Below, piece by piece: positions 1-13,600 of a stretch of 60,604 bases of DNA. A program made the position numbers and the translations under genes. This stretch comes from Phoronis australis (lineage: Eukaryota > Animalia > Phoronida). Numbering within the stretch: position 1 is the first letter of the stretch; the number at the start of each line of letters is the position of its first letter. Below the pieces are notes generated by a model. That model searched no databases and was not told where the DNA came from. It saw only the letters and a program-made list of their open reading frames with translations. The stretch is taken from positions 125,634 through 186,237 of the forward strand of contig NMRA01000714.1 in the NCBI GenBank assembly GCA_002633005.1, in the 5' to 3' direction.

Positions 1-1375
1 CGACTTTTTCAACTTTTAAGTGCAGGAAAGTGAAAACTACTTACATAATCGTGTTCGCAAGGCTCCCTTTTGTTCTTTCACGAAGTTTCACGTAAAAATT
101 CGCGAGTTTAGTCTTCTCCTGGGTTGAAAACCAAATAGCACTCATTTTTACCGGCATCCATTTTGGTCTGAAAAATCGGTCACGTCCCTTCAAAAAACTC
201 GTGCAAAGTATTATTAAACGAATTTTGCGACAAAAAAAGACTATCAGATAAGTAAAACAATATATTTTTTCATAGTTTGCAATAATTTTTATTCACATTT
301 ATTACATTTTTGAGTTATTTTTTGCCGATTGTAGTGAGCGAATTTAACACGGTGACAGATACGCGAAGCGATTCGCTGAATAATGCTGTCCTCGCTAGGT
401 TAGTTCTAAGATGATTGTTTGTACGTTTTGTACTTGTACCATTACAAAAAACACCCTAGTCATTTTCAAATGTCATTTATATGTCCAAACCTCTGGTTGT
501 CGAGCTGCCAACAGTTTTTCCGAGACTTGAATTACTATAGCAGTTGATCGCGTGTTACTTAACCCCAACCTTCAGTGTCATATTTCGGTTGTTATAAGTA
601 GTGAGAACAGCATTTTTCAAAAATTTTAGAAAATGTGCATGTAATATACATCACAAGAAAGCTACGAGACTAAAAGAATGGTGCAAAAACATTTTTAAAT
701 CAGACTTACGGTTCCGGAGAAAATGGTGTTTATGTTCAAATTTTTTGGTAAAAATTCTGTCAAATCAAATTTGCGAGTTTGCAAAGTAGATAGACATGTT
801 ATACATCATTTCAAAGAAAATTTTATGATGAATAATTTGCAAAAAAGAAAATTCCGATTGGAAGTTCCTGTGCGAAGATATTGACCTTAAAGTCAACAAA
901 GCCGACACAGAAAAGTCAGTACATACAATTTTGTCGTTTCAAATTGACATAAAATAACAATTACTCAAAGAAAAAAATAAGCTAGTACCATTTCAAGATT
1001 TTTCGCCAGGGAAGTTGAAATCTGATTATTGGTTGGGCAAATTATTGATATTATTTTGTGATTTTTTGTTGACATGCAGTTTGCGACTGACTTAACTTTG
1101 TCAAAATGCATTACCTTAAAAATTTTATGATAAACAAACATCATTTCAAATATGTATTGATGTAAAGTATGATAAACAAAAAATTTAATACAAACCTCAT
1201 ATAGTAAATAGAACTTAAACATACTTTCCACAACAATGTAACAAAATGAAGACCTTGTATTGAGCCATGCAGGAAAGTTCATGCTATGCAAACGACTACT
1301 GCAATATTTATTTCCAAAGTTGTCTTGATATGAAAACATAAAGGTATGTATGATGGAAAGATAAATAAAGTTCTC

Positions 1376-1690
1376 AAGGCTTCCTCAAGGAAGGAAGGTC
1401 AAACCTTTTCACTGATTATTGACAGTAAGTACCTGCAAATAAACAGACAGTCGGTGGAGTACCTTACACAGACTTGTGGCCTCTTCAAGGAAGGGGGCCA
1501 ATTAAACCCTTTCACTGACTATCAAAAGTCAGTGGAGTGCCTTACACACTTATGGCATCCTCAAGGAAGGGGGGACAAACACTTTCACTGACTAAGTCAG
1601 TGGAGTACTTCACAGAGTTGTGGCATCCTCCAGGAAGGGGGCTGTTAAGTCAGTGGAATACCTATACACAATATGGAGCACTCCAGCATT
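1376..1690. repeat. Degenerate ~55-80 bp tandem repeat (agtcagtggagtac...ggcatcctcaaggaagggg), ~4-5 copies
   Basis: Recurring cagtggagt and caaggaagggg motifs near 1450, 1530, 1598, 1651. Confidence 0.7.
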
Positions 1691-2367
1691 GCGAGGTCCT
1701 CTTGACCAAAGTCGCCCATCACCCGAAAGGTGCGCACAGCGTCATCTTCATTGTAGTGGGTATTGAGCCAAACTCAATATCCGTGGAGCTGAAAATTCCT
1801 TCTTCTCTTCGAAGATGGTAAACACTATGGATGAGAATGAAAGTGATAATTATTTTGCATGTGACACCTGTTGGCATTTAGAAAAACTATTTTTGCGTTA
1901 AGCAGAATACAAATAAGTAAATGTGTCTATCTTAAATGTAAATTGTGAATTAGAGTTTAAAACTAACCATCATTGTAATAAAAATTCACATGGCAAATTA
2001 CCTATATGTTTTTGAAATTTCATAAGTACATTTTAAGGTTATGTACTGTAGGACCTTGTTGCTAAGTTTGGGTATTCAGCCATATATCTGCAAAAATTTA
2101 TAAATTTTAACTCGGTAAAATTATATATATATTCTGCAAATAGAAAGCCTTTTGAATTTGATTTTTGACTTTTTACCAATTTTGCATTAATTTGTTCACG
2201 TGATCATGTTTTGTAATAAAATTTAGCAAAAAAAAAAGAAATGTACATAGTTAGCAAAACAATGGTATTGAGAACATGATTAAATTTCATTTTGATATAA
2301 AATTTCAGGATGAATTCTCACTGACAGTGTTCTAAAGTATTTTGTTTTGGTTTTTATATTTCCACGT

Positions 2368-4240
2368 ATTTATGTGTGGGTGCATATTGCCGTTATCTCT
2401 GTCTGGGCATCCAGCGTCAGCAGCTGTATCTCCTAAACCCCTCACAGGATCTTAATGAGATTTAGCAGATATGTTCATATGAAGATGACGACAGATGGCG
2501 ACAAATTTTACTCTGATCCTACTACCACTGTCTAAATTTTACGGTTTCCTCTGTATCTTTAGAATTCTTGGATGGCTTTCATGAAATTTGGCAGATAAGT
2601 TTTTATTGAGGAGACGACAACACTTATGTCTGTCTTTGGATGGCTTTGATGATTCTTTTCAGAATATAGACTGACACTGTTTTTAGTTGTATTGTTTTGT
2701 TTTGTTGTTCTGTTTGACCCCTGAGTTCAGTACAAGGATGATGTAATTTGTTTACTACAGTATAGTGTGTAACTTTCTAGAAGACTCTAGCATGACAGTG
2801 ATTAATGCAGTCTGGAATATTCTAGAGACTAGTATATGTTTGTAGAATGATTGGGTAGATTCTAGAAAGTTCTGGCATGTGCTTGAATTGATGAAAAGTT
2901 CCAGAACATTGCATCAGGCCATAAATAACCGGGCACTGGTTTGGGACAGTCAGAAAAATGCAGTAAAGCAGTTAAGCAATTAAAGAGTTGCAGTGAAGAG
3001 AATCGACAGTTACAGCAACAGTCAGTAGAGAGCCTTCTTGAGAGACAGCAGGTTAACTGAATCAGCGAATATAACAGTTGCTGAACATGTCTTAGAAGTT
3101 TATAACAAGTCAAGGCTTGGCAGCACTGGCTGGAGCATGAAACAGACATAACGTCGGATGTTTTGTTTGAGTAGGCTTGTGAACTTACGGTCGAGATTAA
3201 TAAAGGACTAACTCGAACCAGTCTTCAGTCTATCATCTCACCGAAAGCTATTAGCACCGGTCTGCAAAACCTGCGCCCTCCCACACACGGGGAAAACGTG
3301 ACAAGTCTGCACCACTGAGTGGCCGTTTTTTAAATTTTTGAGTCGGTTATTTGCCAAACCGCTTGAAGAATCGTGGAAATTGGCAGATATGTTCTTAATG
3401 AGGAGACTGCGGTTGTCATTGATTTTAGGACAGGTTTCACTACTCAGGCACCCCCGTGGGTCCTATGTCCAACAACTGTTTTTGCTTCTGCGGCTGATTT
3501 TCCTTAACCCTTAAAGGAGTTTTGTGAAATTTGAATGGGTGTTGAACTGATCCAAATACCACTGTGCCCCCTTGTGGCAAAATGTTTTTTAGTTTGCCTC
3601 TGTATCTTTGAGGTTCACTAATGTATTTTCATGAAATTCAGCTCTTAGCTTTCTATTAAGGAGACCACAACGCCTTCCCATTTTCGAACAAATTTGATGT
3701 TCTCTGTGCCTCCTGGTGGTCATTTGAAATTGCGTGCATATGTTTTTGATGTTTGCCTCTATCTGTCAAACCACTTGAGGAATCATGAAAATTGATGGTT
3801 GGTTTTGACGCGAAGACTCCGGCTGACGTTGATTTTTGGATGTTTTCGACTATTCTGGTGTCCCTTAGGGAAATTCTGCTCTTTGTGCATCTATGACTGT
3901 ATCTCCTTAACCCTTTGAAGGTTCTTTGCAAAATTTGGAAGATGGGTTTCTGTTGAGATGGCACCAGATGAAGATTAGTGTCAGACCAATCAGACTATAG
4001 CTGTGCCCCCTAGTGTCAGTTGTTTTCTGATGTTTGCGTCTACGTCTTAGGAGTTCTGTGGCTTATTTTCATAAAATTTTGCAAATAGTTATGTATTACA
4101 GAGACGGCGCCGCCATCTCAATTTGGATGGGATTGACGCATACTGTGCCATCTAATGATACTGAAAACACCCATAGAAGAGCGCCAATTGCAGTGCTGTC
4201 GTGGGCTCATTTCAGCTCTCCCCGTTGCTCTTCTTGTTTT
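2368..4240 (+). mobile_element. Degenerate Helentron/HINE-like element with ~150-bp satellite units, interrupted by a solo LTR
   Basis: Units share gaaatttggcagat and cccctagtg motifs with 12126-13265; ends in a short hairpin-like stretch plus cttgtt. Confidence 0.55.
2657..3303 (+). mobile_element. Solo LTR copy 1
   Basis: Collinear with 16502-16945; ends GTGACA; internal AATAAA near 3198; flanks attct/agtct (4 of 5 match, a candidate TSD). Confidence 0.7.
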
Positions 4241-4505
4241 ATGCAACTTTTGATCATTTCATTTTAAAAGCAATTCCTAACAGCATTTTGAAGAAAACTG
4301 CTTAAAGCATAGTCTTTGAAAGTTTGTTTTAAATCCAGTCATCCATTTCTGAGATATGGTGTTCTGAACTTAGCCAAATTTGGTCATTTTTATAGGGTCC
4401 TACATAATCTTATTCAGAGATCATAATGGCAATAATGCAATCCAACATCGAACATCAATGTGACATATACAATCATGCATGTTGTAATTTAAACATTCTT
4501 TTCAG

Positions 4506-4602
4506 GTAGCGACTCCTGTGTTTGGCTGATCAGTGATGGCAGGTTTCAGGGCTACGGACATTGGCAGCCATACGGCTGTATGATGCACAAGTATACACAA
4601 AA
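4506..4602 (+). CDS. CASD1: CASD1 exon ([33 protein letters not shown])
   Basis: ttcag acceptor, gtaagg donor; WQP-CMMH motif. Confidence 0.93.
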
Positions 4603-7600
4603 GTAAGGCATTGTAGTGAACTTGTTGTTGTGTGATTCAATAGTCATTTTTCGATAAAATGATGTGGTGAAATACACTTTGTCACTAGATGGCGATAGGG
4701 TAGTTGGTGGACAGTGTTCTGCTTGTGGACTTGTGAGACTTTAATGTAGTAGGACACTTCCCAGCATTTCCTATCATTTTTGTGACCGTCATGCTGTCAA
4801 ATCGTCAATGATGTCTGTTGGTTAAGGTTTACTCAAATGATTCACACGGAAACAATCCAATGTCTCAAAATGTCTGTTCAGCGGTCAACTCCACCCAGTA
4901 TACTTAGCAGAATTAGAAATTGGGTCAAGTCAACGATTCTTATGTGCTATCACAACGCTAAAGTTTTATTCAGAATGTATCTTATCATTTTGAAATTAAG
5001 TTTTTGTTCCGTCTTGTAACTTGCAGTCCTATAGCTTTCCATTAGTATATGCAGTATTCCTTTGGAAGCATAAAATGGCTTGCCAGCAAATTCTAACATA
5101 CTAAGTGCAATCCTTGGTTGTCAATTCCCCCCCCCCCTCGCAAGTTGATACTAAAATCTCGCCAATTTCAAACAAATATAATTGTCAAGAATGGCCCTTT
5201 TGTCGTATTCTAACTTGGTTGTAAATGTCCATATTGTGTCTTGGTTGCTATGGTGCACAACTGAAACCTCGCAATGCAATTATTTGGTGGTACACTGTAC
5301 ATATCTGGTATGCAATTATTTGGTGGTACATATCTGGTATGGAAAAAATGAGAAAATAAAGTTCACCTGTCTGACATATTGTATCCTATAATAGCGAGAT
5401 TTTACCGGTAATAATATTGTACGGTAAACGGTCTTCTTGATGAATCAACTTAATATGTGAAGGTAAAATGGGACTTCAATGAACAAAACTGGCAGTCTAA
5501 GTGAGTCATTGGTAAGGAGTCAAGCTTAAAGTTTCTTTGTTCGACTTTCCTGTCTAGATCATAAAATTTTCAGCAATTAATGAGTTGAAACAAGGTTTCC
5601 TATCTCAAGTGGCTCATTTGTGTAGTTGGATTTCTCCCAAACTTCACGCACTGTTTCAGGGACGCTAAGAGGTGCATGCACTCACTGGCATTTTGGGGTG
5701 GGAACAATCACATTGCATTTGTCGGTGACTCACGCATTCGTCAGCTCTACATCGCCTTCAAAAGTATGTTCACGGATGAGGCAGCGAAGGGCAAACTTCG
5801 ACACAGTGACCAGAAGTACACAGATTCTGTGCGCAACCTCAAGCTGGTAATTATGGCCCTCATTGATTAGACTATAATACGGCGCTCCCATATAGACTAT
5901 AGTAGGGCGGTTTGACATAGACTATAGTACGGCGTTCCCACATAGACTATAGTAGGGCGGTCCCACATAGACTATAGTAGGGCGGTCCCACATAGACTAT
6001 AGTAGGGCGGTCCCTCATAGACTATAGTAGGGCGGTTCGACATAGACTATAGTATGGCGTTCCCATATAGACTATAGTAGGGTGGTCCCACATAGACTAT
6101 AGTAACGCGGTCGCACATAGACTATAGCAGGGCGGTCCCACATAGACTATAGTAGGGCGGTCCCACATAGACTATAGTAGGGCGGTCCCTCATAGACTAT
6201 AGTAGGGCGGTTCGACATAGACTATAGTATGGCGTTCCCATATAGACTATAGTAGGGTGGTCCCACATAGACTATAGTAACGCGGTCGCACATAGACTAT
6301 AGCAGGGCGGTCCCACATAGACTATAGTAGGGCGGTCCCACATAGACTATAGTAGGGCGGTCCCACATAGACTATAGTAGGGCGGTCCCACATAGACTAT
6401 AGTAGGGCGGTCCCACATAGACTATAGTAGGGCGGTCCCACATAGACTATAGTAGGGCGGTCCCACATAGACTATAGTAGGGCGGTCCCACATAGACTAT
6501 AGTAGGGCGGTCCCACATAGACTATAGTAGGGCGGTCCCACATAGACTATAGTAGGGCGGTCCCNNNNNNNNNNNNNNNNNNNNNNNNNNNNNNNNNNNN
6601 NNNNNNNNNNNNNNNNNNNNNNNNNNNNNNNNNNNNNNNNNNNNNNNNNNNNNNNNNNNNNNNNNNNNNNNNNNNNNNNNNNNNNNNNNNNNNNNNNNNN
6701 NNNNNNNNNNNNNNNNNNNNNNNNNNNNNNNNNNNNNNNNNNNNNNNNNNNNNNNNNNNNNNNNNNNNNNNNNNNNNNNNNNNNNNNNNNNNNNNNNNNN
6801 NNNNNNNNNNNNNNNNNNNNNNNNNNNNNNNNNNNNNNNNNNNNNNNNNNNNNNNNNNNNNNNNNNNNNNNNNNNNNNNNNNNNNNNNNNNNNNNNNNNN
6901 NNNNNNNNNNNNNNNNNNNNNNNNNNNNNNNNNNNNNNNCACACAGACTATAGTAGGGCGTTCCCACACAGACTATAGTATGGCGTTCCCACACAGACTA
7001 TAGTATGGCGTTCCCACACAGACTATAGTACGGCGGTCCTACATATACTATAGTCCGGCGGTCCCACATAGACTATAGTAGAGCGGTCCCACATAAACTA
7101 TGGTAGGGCAATCCCACATAGAAATTGCCTTTGTCCTGGAGGTAAGAAAACGTTTTACAAATGTTAGGCTGATTCTAGGAATCATGTCAGAAAAAATATC
7201 GTATCCAAGGGTACTTGTCAAGTTGATCCAACTTTCTGGTCCCGGAGTTGCAGCCTTCAGCACAGCAATAAAATTTTGTTGATGCAATTGAGTGAAACTA
7301 GAAAAAAGTGAGGCACCAACTAATAACATCGTGAGAAACTCCTGTGGCGCAAAAATGAGGCCAGAGAACTGCTTGACAGGTGTTGTAGCATTGTATTTTC
7401 AAAGCAAGAATGCACACACTTTCTGAATTTAATAACGTAAAGAAACTATGTTTAAAATTGAGACTGTTTAACACATCAGAAATATGGCCAGTCAGCTCCA
7501 TTCTAGGCATTGTATTGTCACATAAAATGGAAGTGTTATTTGTTTTTATGGTTATTTAGGGGCCTTATAGGCAATACTATGCAGGTGGCCACATATATAC

Positions 7601-10600
7601 ATAACTACAGAAATTAGCTTTGTTTATGAAGGTGGATATTTTCTGAAAGTAGAAATCCAACCTGCAAACTTTGATGTATGACTTTATACCAACCTGTCAT
7701 TGATTGGGTCACGTGGTCATGTGTTATTGTTGTTTTATAGTGATATTTAGCGCAAAAAGATACCTACAGTTTCAAATATACAGTTTTAAGTGAGCTTGAC
7801 AGATCATTTTTGTAAATATGATACAAAAAATACTTCATAGTGCTTGCAGGTTCCCAATTTTTTTTCAAAGAAATGTTGAAAGTAGCGGTTTGATATACTG
7901 GTGTCCAATTTAATATCTAAGAATTACTTGGAAGGTTACAAATTTGAGCTGTTGAAATGGTGCAACTCAATTACAAAAGGGATGACCTAAGCTCTCAGGT
8001 GTTGGGAGATTCGAAAGGGAATACATTCAGTACAAGACAAAAGTAACGAAATAGAATATTCCCGTCATGACGTCAAATTCTGTTAACAGCAAAAATGACT
8101 GGTAACCAGTGTTAGGACAGCAGTACAGAATGGCTTAGCCACCATACTAACTGTCCTTCATTGGGAAGACTACTCTGACTATGAGTATGGCTTCCACCCA
8201 CGCATCATTACCGAGTCTGTTGGGTTTTTTTGTGGCTTGTATTGTAGCTTGAGATAATGCCAGTCTAATTGTCTGTTACTGCCATTTGTGTCGCATTCTC
8301 ATTTCTCTATTTCCTGCTGAAGTTCATTGTCTTCTCGCTACAGGAGTTCCGTTGGCAACCCTATGTTGACTCGTCGATGTACGATGTGTACAAGGACTGG
8401 GTGAACAGTGAGCCAGACGCCCGGCCTAACATTGTCGTGACCAGCAGTGCCACCGTAAGTAGTGTGCACAAGTTAAGATCTCCACAATTCTACAGCTAAA
8501 TTTGTGCAGCAATTATATGTTACATTACTTTTGAGTGCCACGACTGAGGTCACCACACTTTAAAAAACTTCCTTTCTCATCGAATCTTCTGTTCTCGTTC
8601 TGTAAGCTTATGTGCTGCTCATGACCTTATCCAAACCGGTTTCAGTTTGAAGTCATTTTGAGCATGAGTTACCAGCTAATCCCATTTTTGAGCAACGTTT
8701 TCTTCACCGGTGATGTCGCCATCTATTTTTAAGCCACTTGACATTGTTTTGATTTTATACTACTATCAGATGAGAGAAGAAGCACATTTTTAGTTGGCCT
8801 CCATTTTGTTTCTTTCAGTGGACTATCAAGGACACCAACAATACAGAGGACGCACTGGCTGACTTCAAACGTAAGTGAGACGCCGTCAAGTAATTCTCTA
8901 TTTTTAGCACTTTAATTGTGATTTTTATAAGCGCCCATACCTATATATGTGTTCCATATTGTTGTCATTTTGTCCTGGTGTCCACTCAATGTCTCAAAAA
9001 CCCGTGGTCGGATTTTGACACAAGGGTATATAGTGTTATATGCATACATTGCCATAAGGGTTGAAGCAATATTGTTCAATTTGTTCTGTTTTAATCTGTT
9101 TGTTAACATTTTCATTGAACTATCGTAACTTTATATTACGTTGTAACCATCGTTTATGTTTTGATAGTCAATAAAACTGCTACTTATTCTTGCTGCTAAA
9201 AATACCGCACCACGGACTCGATTTAAAAAAAAAGCAGGTACCACGACCAACTATATATATTATTAAGCTATTTTTGCCTAATAGAGGCTCGACTATAAAA
9301 CTGACCAATCTATTTGCGTAAACATTGGAATTTCAAATATTAATAAGATTGGTCAATTGGCACTTTAGTGATCTCGGGCTAGTAGTGAACTAAAACTTGT
9401 CTGTTCATTGTAAATAAGCCGTCACCGTGTGTCTTTACCACCCGTCTCCCCTCTGACTGTAGTTAAACTGAGCCAGCTGCGCAAGCTGTACAGACGGCTG
9501 CACAACACCACCAAGATACTGTGGATGATGCAGGAGCCAGTGGATGAGTCCAAGTTGTCTAGGGAGAGGGCGGGCATCACCAACAAGAAGATCGACGAGT
9601 ACAACAAGGCAGCACGAGACTACCTGTAAGTGACCTCCATGTTCTGTTTGCAGTTCCATGTGCTTTGCTGACCTGTCTAAACAAGCTTTGCAGTTCCATG
9701 TGCTGTGCTGACCTGTTTAAACAAGCTTTGCAGTTCCATGTGCTGTGCTGACCTGTTTAAACAAGCTTTGCAGTTCCATGTGCTGTGCTGACCTGTCTAA
9801 ACAAGCTTTGCAGTTCCATGTGCTGTGCTGACCTGTCTAAACAAGCTTTGTGGCTAGATGACAAAGTTTATAGGTGACAAACTAAGGTTCAACATCGCCT
9901 ATAGTTCGCATTTGATATGGATCAAGACTTAAAGTTGCAGTTCTGCTACAGCGTAGGGATGCTGGTTAGAGATTGTTAAAGTTGTGGGTTTTCACAGCCC
10001 ATCTTAAACTGATATTATCTGTTTTATTGCCGAAAAGTTTATTTTTGTGATTATTGTTTTCTAAGATAGACTTACTGAAGTTATTATTTATACTTACTGA
10101 AGTTATTAGTTATACTTACTGAAGTTATTAGTTATACTTACTGAAGTTATTAATTATACCTACTGAAGTTATTAGTTATACTTATTGAAGTTAATAGCTT
10201 TGACCAGAGCTATAAAACAAGAAAATCTGTTGTGTTTCAGTTGTGTTTTTATTACATATGGCCAGTTCTCGCAACTGTCAGTCAGATATCCTTTGAAATC
10301 AAGACTAGTGTCTTTACCATTTAAGTGCCCTTAAAATACTGCTTTGCGTAACTTTGTCTATTTAGGCCCATGCAGTGCCATCTTTGTTTTGGGGTATAAC
10401 CCTTTGTTTGGCTCTTTAATACTGCCAGTTAGCTTTAACAATATTGGTTGCTTCAGCAGGAAACTTACTGCAGCTTACAACATTTATTCAGCTTGTCCTA
10501 GTTAACACAGCCTGGAACTCGGTTAACAATGTAGATAGCAAGAATGGTCCCCTTTAGTTCTGATGGTGGGAGTTACAGTACATGCCATACGTATTTAGGC

Positions 10601-13600
10601 GAAATGACGCGTAAAATCATCAGAGGGGTTCTCCATCGTGACCCAGAATCAAAGGGAAAGAACAGGGAAGTTACGTAAAGTGGCAGTCATTTTTATAATT
10701 AGAATTTTGCCACCACAGTTGTTATTGTCAGTCATTTTTGCTGTTAACTGAATTGGCCATCTTGACATGTAAACGGTACTTAGGCTGAACTCTTTTGGTC
10801 CCCTGGCTTATTATACTTGTTGGTTTGGGTGAGGCATAGTATGCCAGATACGGTACTTAGTCTGAACACTTTTGGTCCCCTGTCTTATTATACTTGTTGG
10901 TTTGGGTGAAGGGTAGTATGTCGGATGTCAAGTGCAAAATACAATTTGCCATGAACGTGGAAAAAGTGACGTCAAAAATGCAATGTTTTCATCATTACGT
11001 TTATTAGAATAAAAAGCCTCTAATCCACATTACAAATTAACAAAGACAGCAGATTTACATTTACAGCTCCGATTTTAAGAACTCTTCTGCATTTGGTCAA
11101 GTTTCCCCAGGGTACAATTTGTAACCACTTAAGCTGTCCTTATTGCAGAGTGGATGATCACAATGGCTTGGCATTTGCTCTTCTCTGGAGCTCCTCCCGT
11201 CTCATTGCACAAGGTTTCCGTGGCGACACTAAAGATGGACTTCACGTAGGATCCAACACGGTTGCTCTGGTAAGAACATGTAGCTGTCACAAACTGACTT
11301 TTCGTGAAAAAAAGCTCTTGATGAGGCAGTGTGGCCTGGTGGCATGGGTTTGTGTCCCACTGGGGCACACTGCTAGACCCTTGAGTTAGGTACTGGGGCA
11401 CACTGCTAGACCCTTGAGTTAGGTACTGGGGCACACTGCTAGACCCTTGAGTTAGGTACTGGGGCACACTGCTAGACCCTCGAGTCCTGTCTCTAGCTCC
11501 TCAGCTATATATTAATAAAGCATAAACATGGTTTGAGGTGATGAGTGGGCCCACCTGAGTGGCCTGTGCACATCTTTTACAATGTGTACCAGACCACCAG
11601 CTATTATTTTGAAAAAAACGGCTTTTGATTTAGACCACTGACCATTACATCGATGGGTGTTTTCTGGGCTGGTAAAAACTGACACTTGCTGTTGCTGGAG
11701 AACATGTTCTGTGCATAAAATTACCCTCCATGGCAAGCCAACTCGTTGAGACAAGGACTAACTGAGACGAATCTTCATAAATGCAAGTGGTCTGAGTCTC
11801 TAAAATTAGTTTTGTAGTGGAAGGCTGATTTGAAGCATCTTTAATGAAGTAGACCAAGATTACGTGACATGAACACTGGAGCAAAATTTGTGAAATACAT
11901 GTTCTGTTGTCAGTTTTTCCTTGACATCACTCGCTTTTAATTTTTGACATCTCGTTATAGTCCACTTGAATGCTGAAATAATACAAAGTATACAGAAATG
12001 GTTTACATTAATTTTGATCACCCAGACATTTCTCACTCCCACACACACAATCCCAGGTCATCAGTTAAGGCTGATAGATGCGAAAAAGGCAAACCATCTT
12101 CTTATCAATTTGTGGATGCCTACAATTTTTTATGCGCCCACATATGTGGACGCATTATGCCGTCATCTCCGTCCGTCCTGGCGGCGTCCGTCCGTCCGGC
12201 GTCCGCTGCTTTATCTCCAAAACCCTTTGACATAGGTTCATGAAATTTGGCACATGTGTTCCATTCATGAATGGGACGGCATGTGCGAACTTTTGGACGG
12301 ATCCGACTGCCGGTGTGCCCCCTAGTGGCAATTTTAGTTTTTTACGCTTACCTTTGTATCTTCAAAAGTCCTGAACGGATTTTCGTGAAATTTGGCATGT
12401 AGGCACCTATTAGTGAGATGACGCTATCCTCCCGTTTTCAGATGGATTCGACATAGTTTGCGCCACCTAGTGGCCATTTTTAGTGTTTTCGATTCTGTTT
12501 TTGTACGTCCACCCCTCTATCAACCAAACCGGTCAAAGGATGATTTTGAAAATTGGCATGTATGTGCTTACTATAAAGAGGACAGTTGACAATGATTTTC
12601 AGACGAGTTGGACTACTGTGGCACCTCCTAGTGGCAGTTTTGTTTTTTTTTGCGCCTATGGCTGTATCTCCTAAACAGTTCGCAGGATCTTTACGAAATT
12701 TAATAAGTGTATTTATATGATGTTAACAACAGACGATGACGATTTTTGGACGGATCCGCCTACCAGTGTGCCCCCTGGTGGCAATTTTATTTTTTTACGT
12801 TTACCTCTTTATCTTCACAAGTCCTTAACGGATTTTCATGAAATTTGGTATGTAGGCACCTATTAGTGCCATGACGCTATCCTCCCATTTTCGGATGGAT
12901 TCGACCTAGTTTGCGACACCCAGTGGCCATTTTTACTGTTTTTGAGTCTGTTTTTTGGCGTCCACCCCTCTATCAACCAAACCGCTCTAAGTATGATTGT
13001 GAAAATTGGCATGTATTTTCTTACTATGAAGAGGACGGTTGACGCTGAATTTCCCATGACTTTGATTACTGTGGCACCTCCTAGTGGCCGTTAATTTTTG
13101 CGCCCATGGCTGTATCTCCCAGGATCTTTACTAAATTTAGCAAGTGTATTTATGTGATGTTGACAACGGACGATGACGACTTTAGGATGATTCTGACTAC
13201 CGGTATGCCTCTAGTGGCAATTTTAGTATTTTACATTGACCTCTGTATTTTCATAGGTCTTCAGGTGTATACTTTGTGTTACTTCGTGAGTTCCAAGTAG
13301 AAATTTGTTTCTGGCATTCTAATGCTGTGCTAATCTCGTATGTTGATAAATTTGTTTTTAATTCTATGTTTCTGTGGTGCTTTAAGCAACTGATGTATAG
13401 GATGTGCTTGTATTATGAAGATCACTCACATTTTGCCCCTAGCCTATTGTGGAGACAATGACCATGCCTTTCCATTTTGCAAAGTACAACATACTACATA
13501 TATGCCTTCTACTGGCCACTTTATGGTACCAATAAACAACCCTAGAAGGATGCCATATACGGTGCAATTGTGGGCGCATTTCAACGCTCTGCGTTACTCT

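Noticed and set aside
1690-1820. Minus-strand coding-like stretch (WLNTHYNEDDAVRTFRVM), vaguely like a MULE transposase
   Set aside because: Short, bounded by stops, and without supporting splice sites or neighbouring motifs.
1-4505. Search for the first coding exon of CASD1 (signal-anchor region)
   Set aside because: No exon with a suitable hydrophobic segment and phase-1 donor was found; the region is mostly repeats, so the exon is probably upstream of the window.
5867-7120. Regular 25-bp repeats with an internal palindrome resembling a CRISPR array
   Set aside because: Units are head-to-tail with no unique spacers, there are no cas genes, and the context is a eukaryotic intron.
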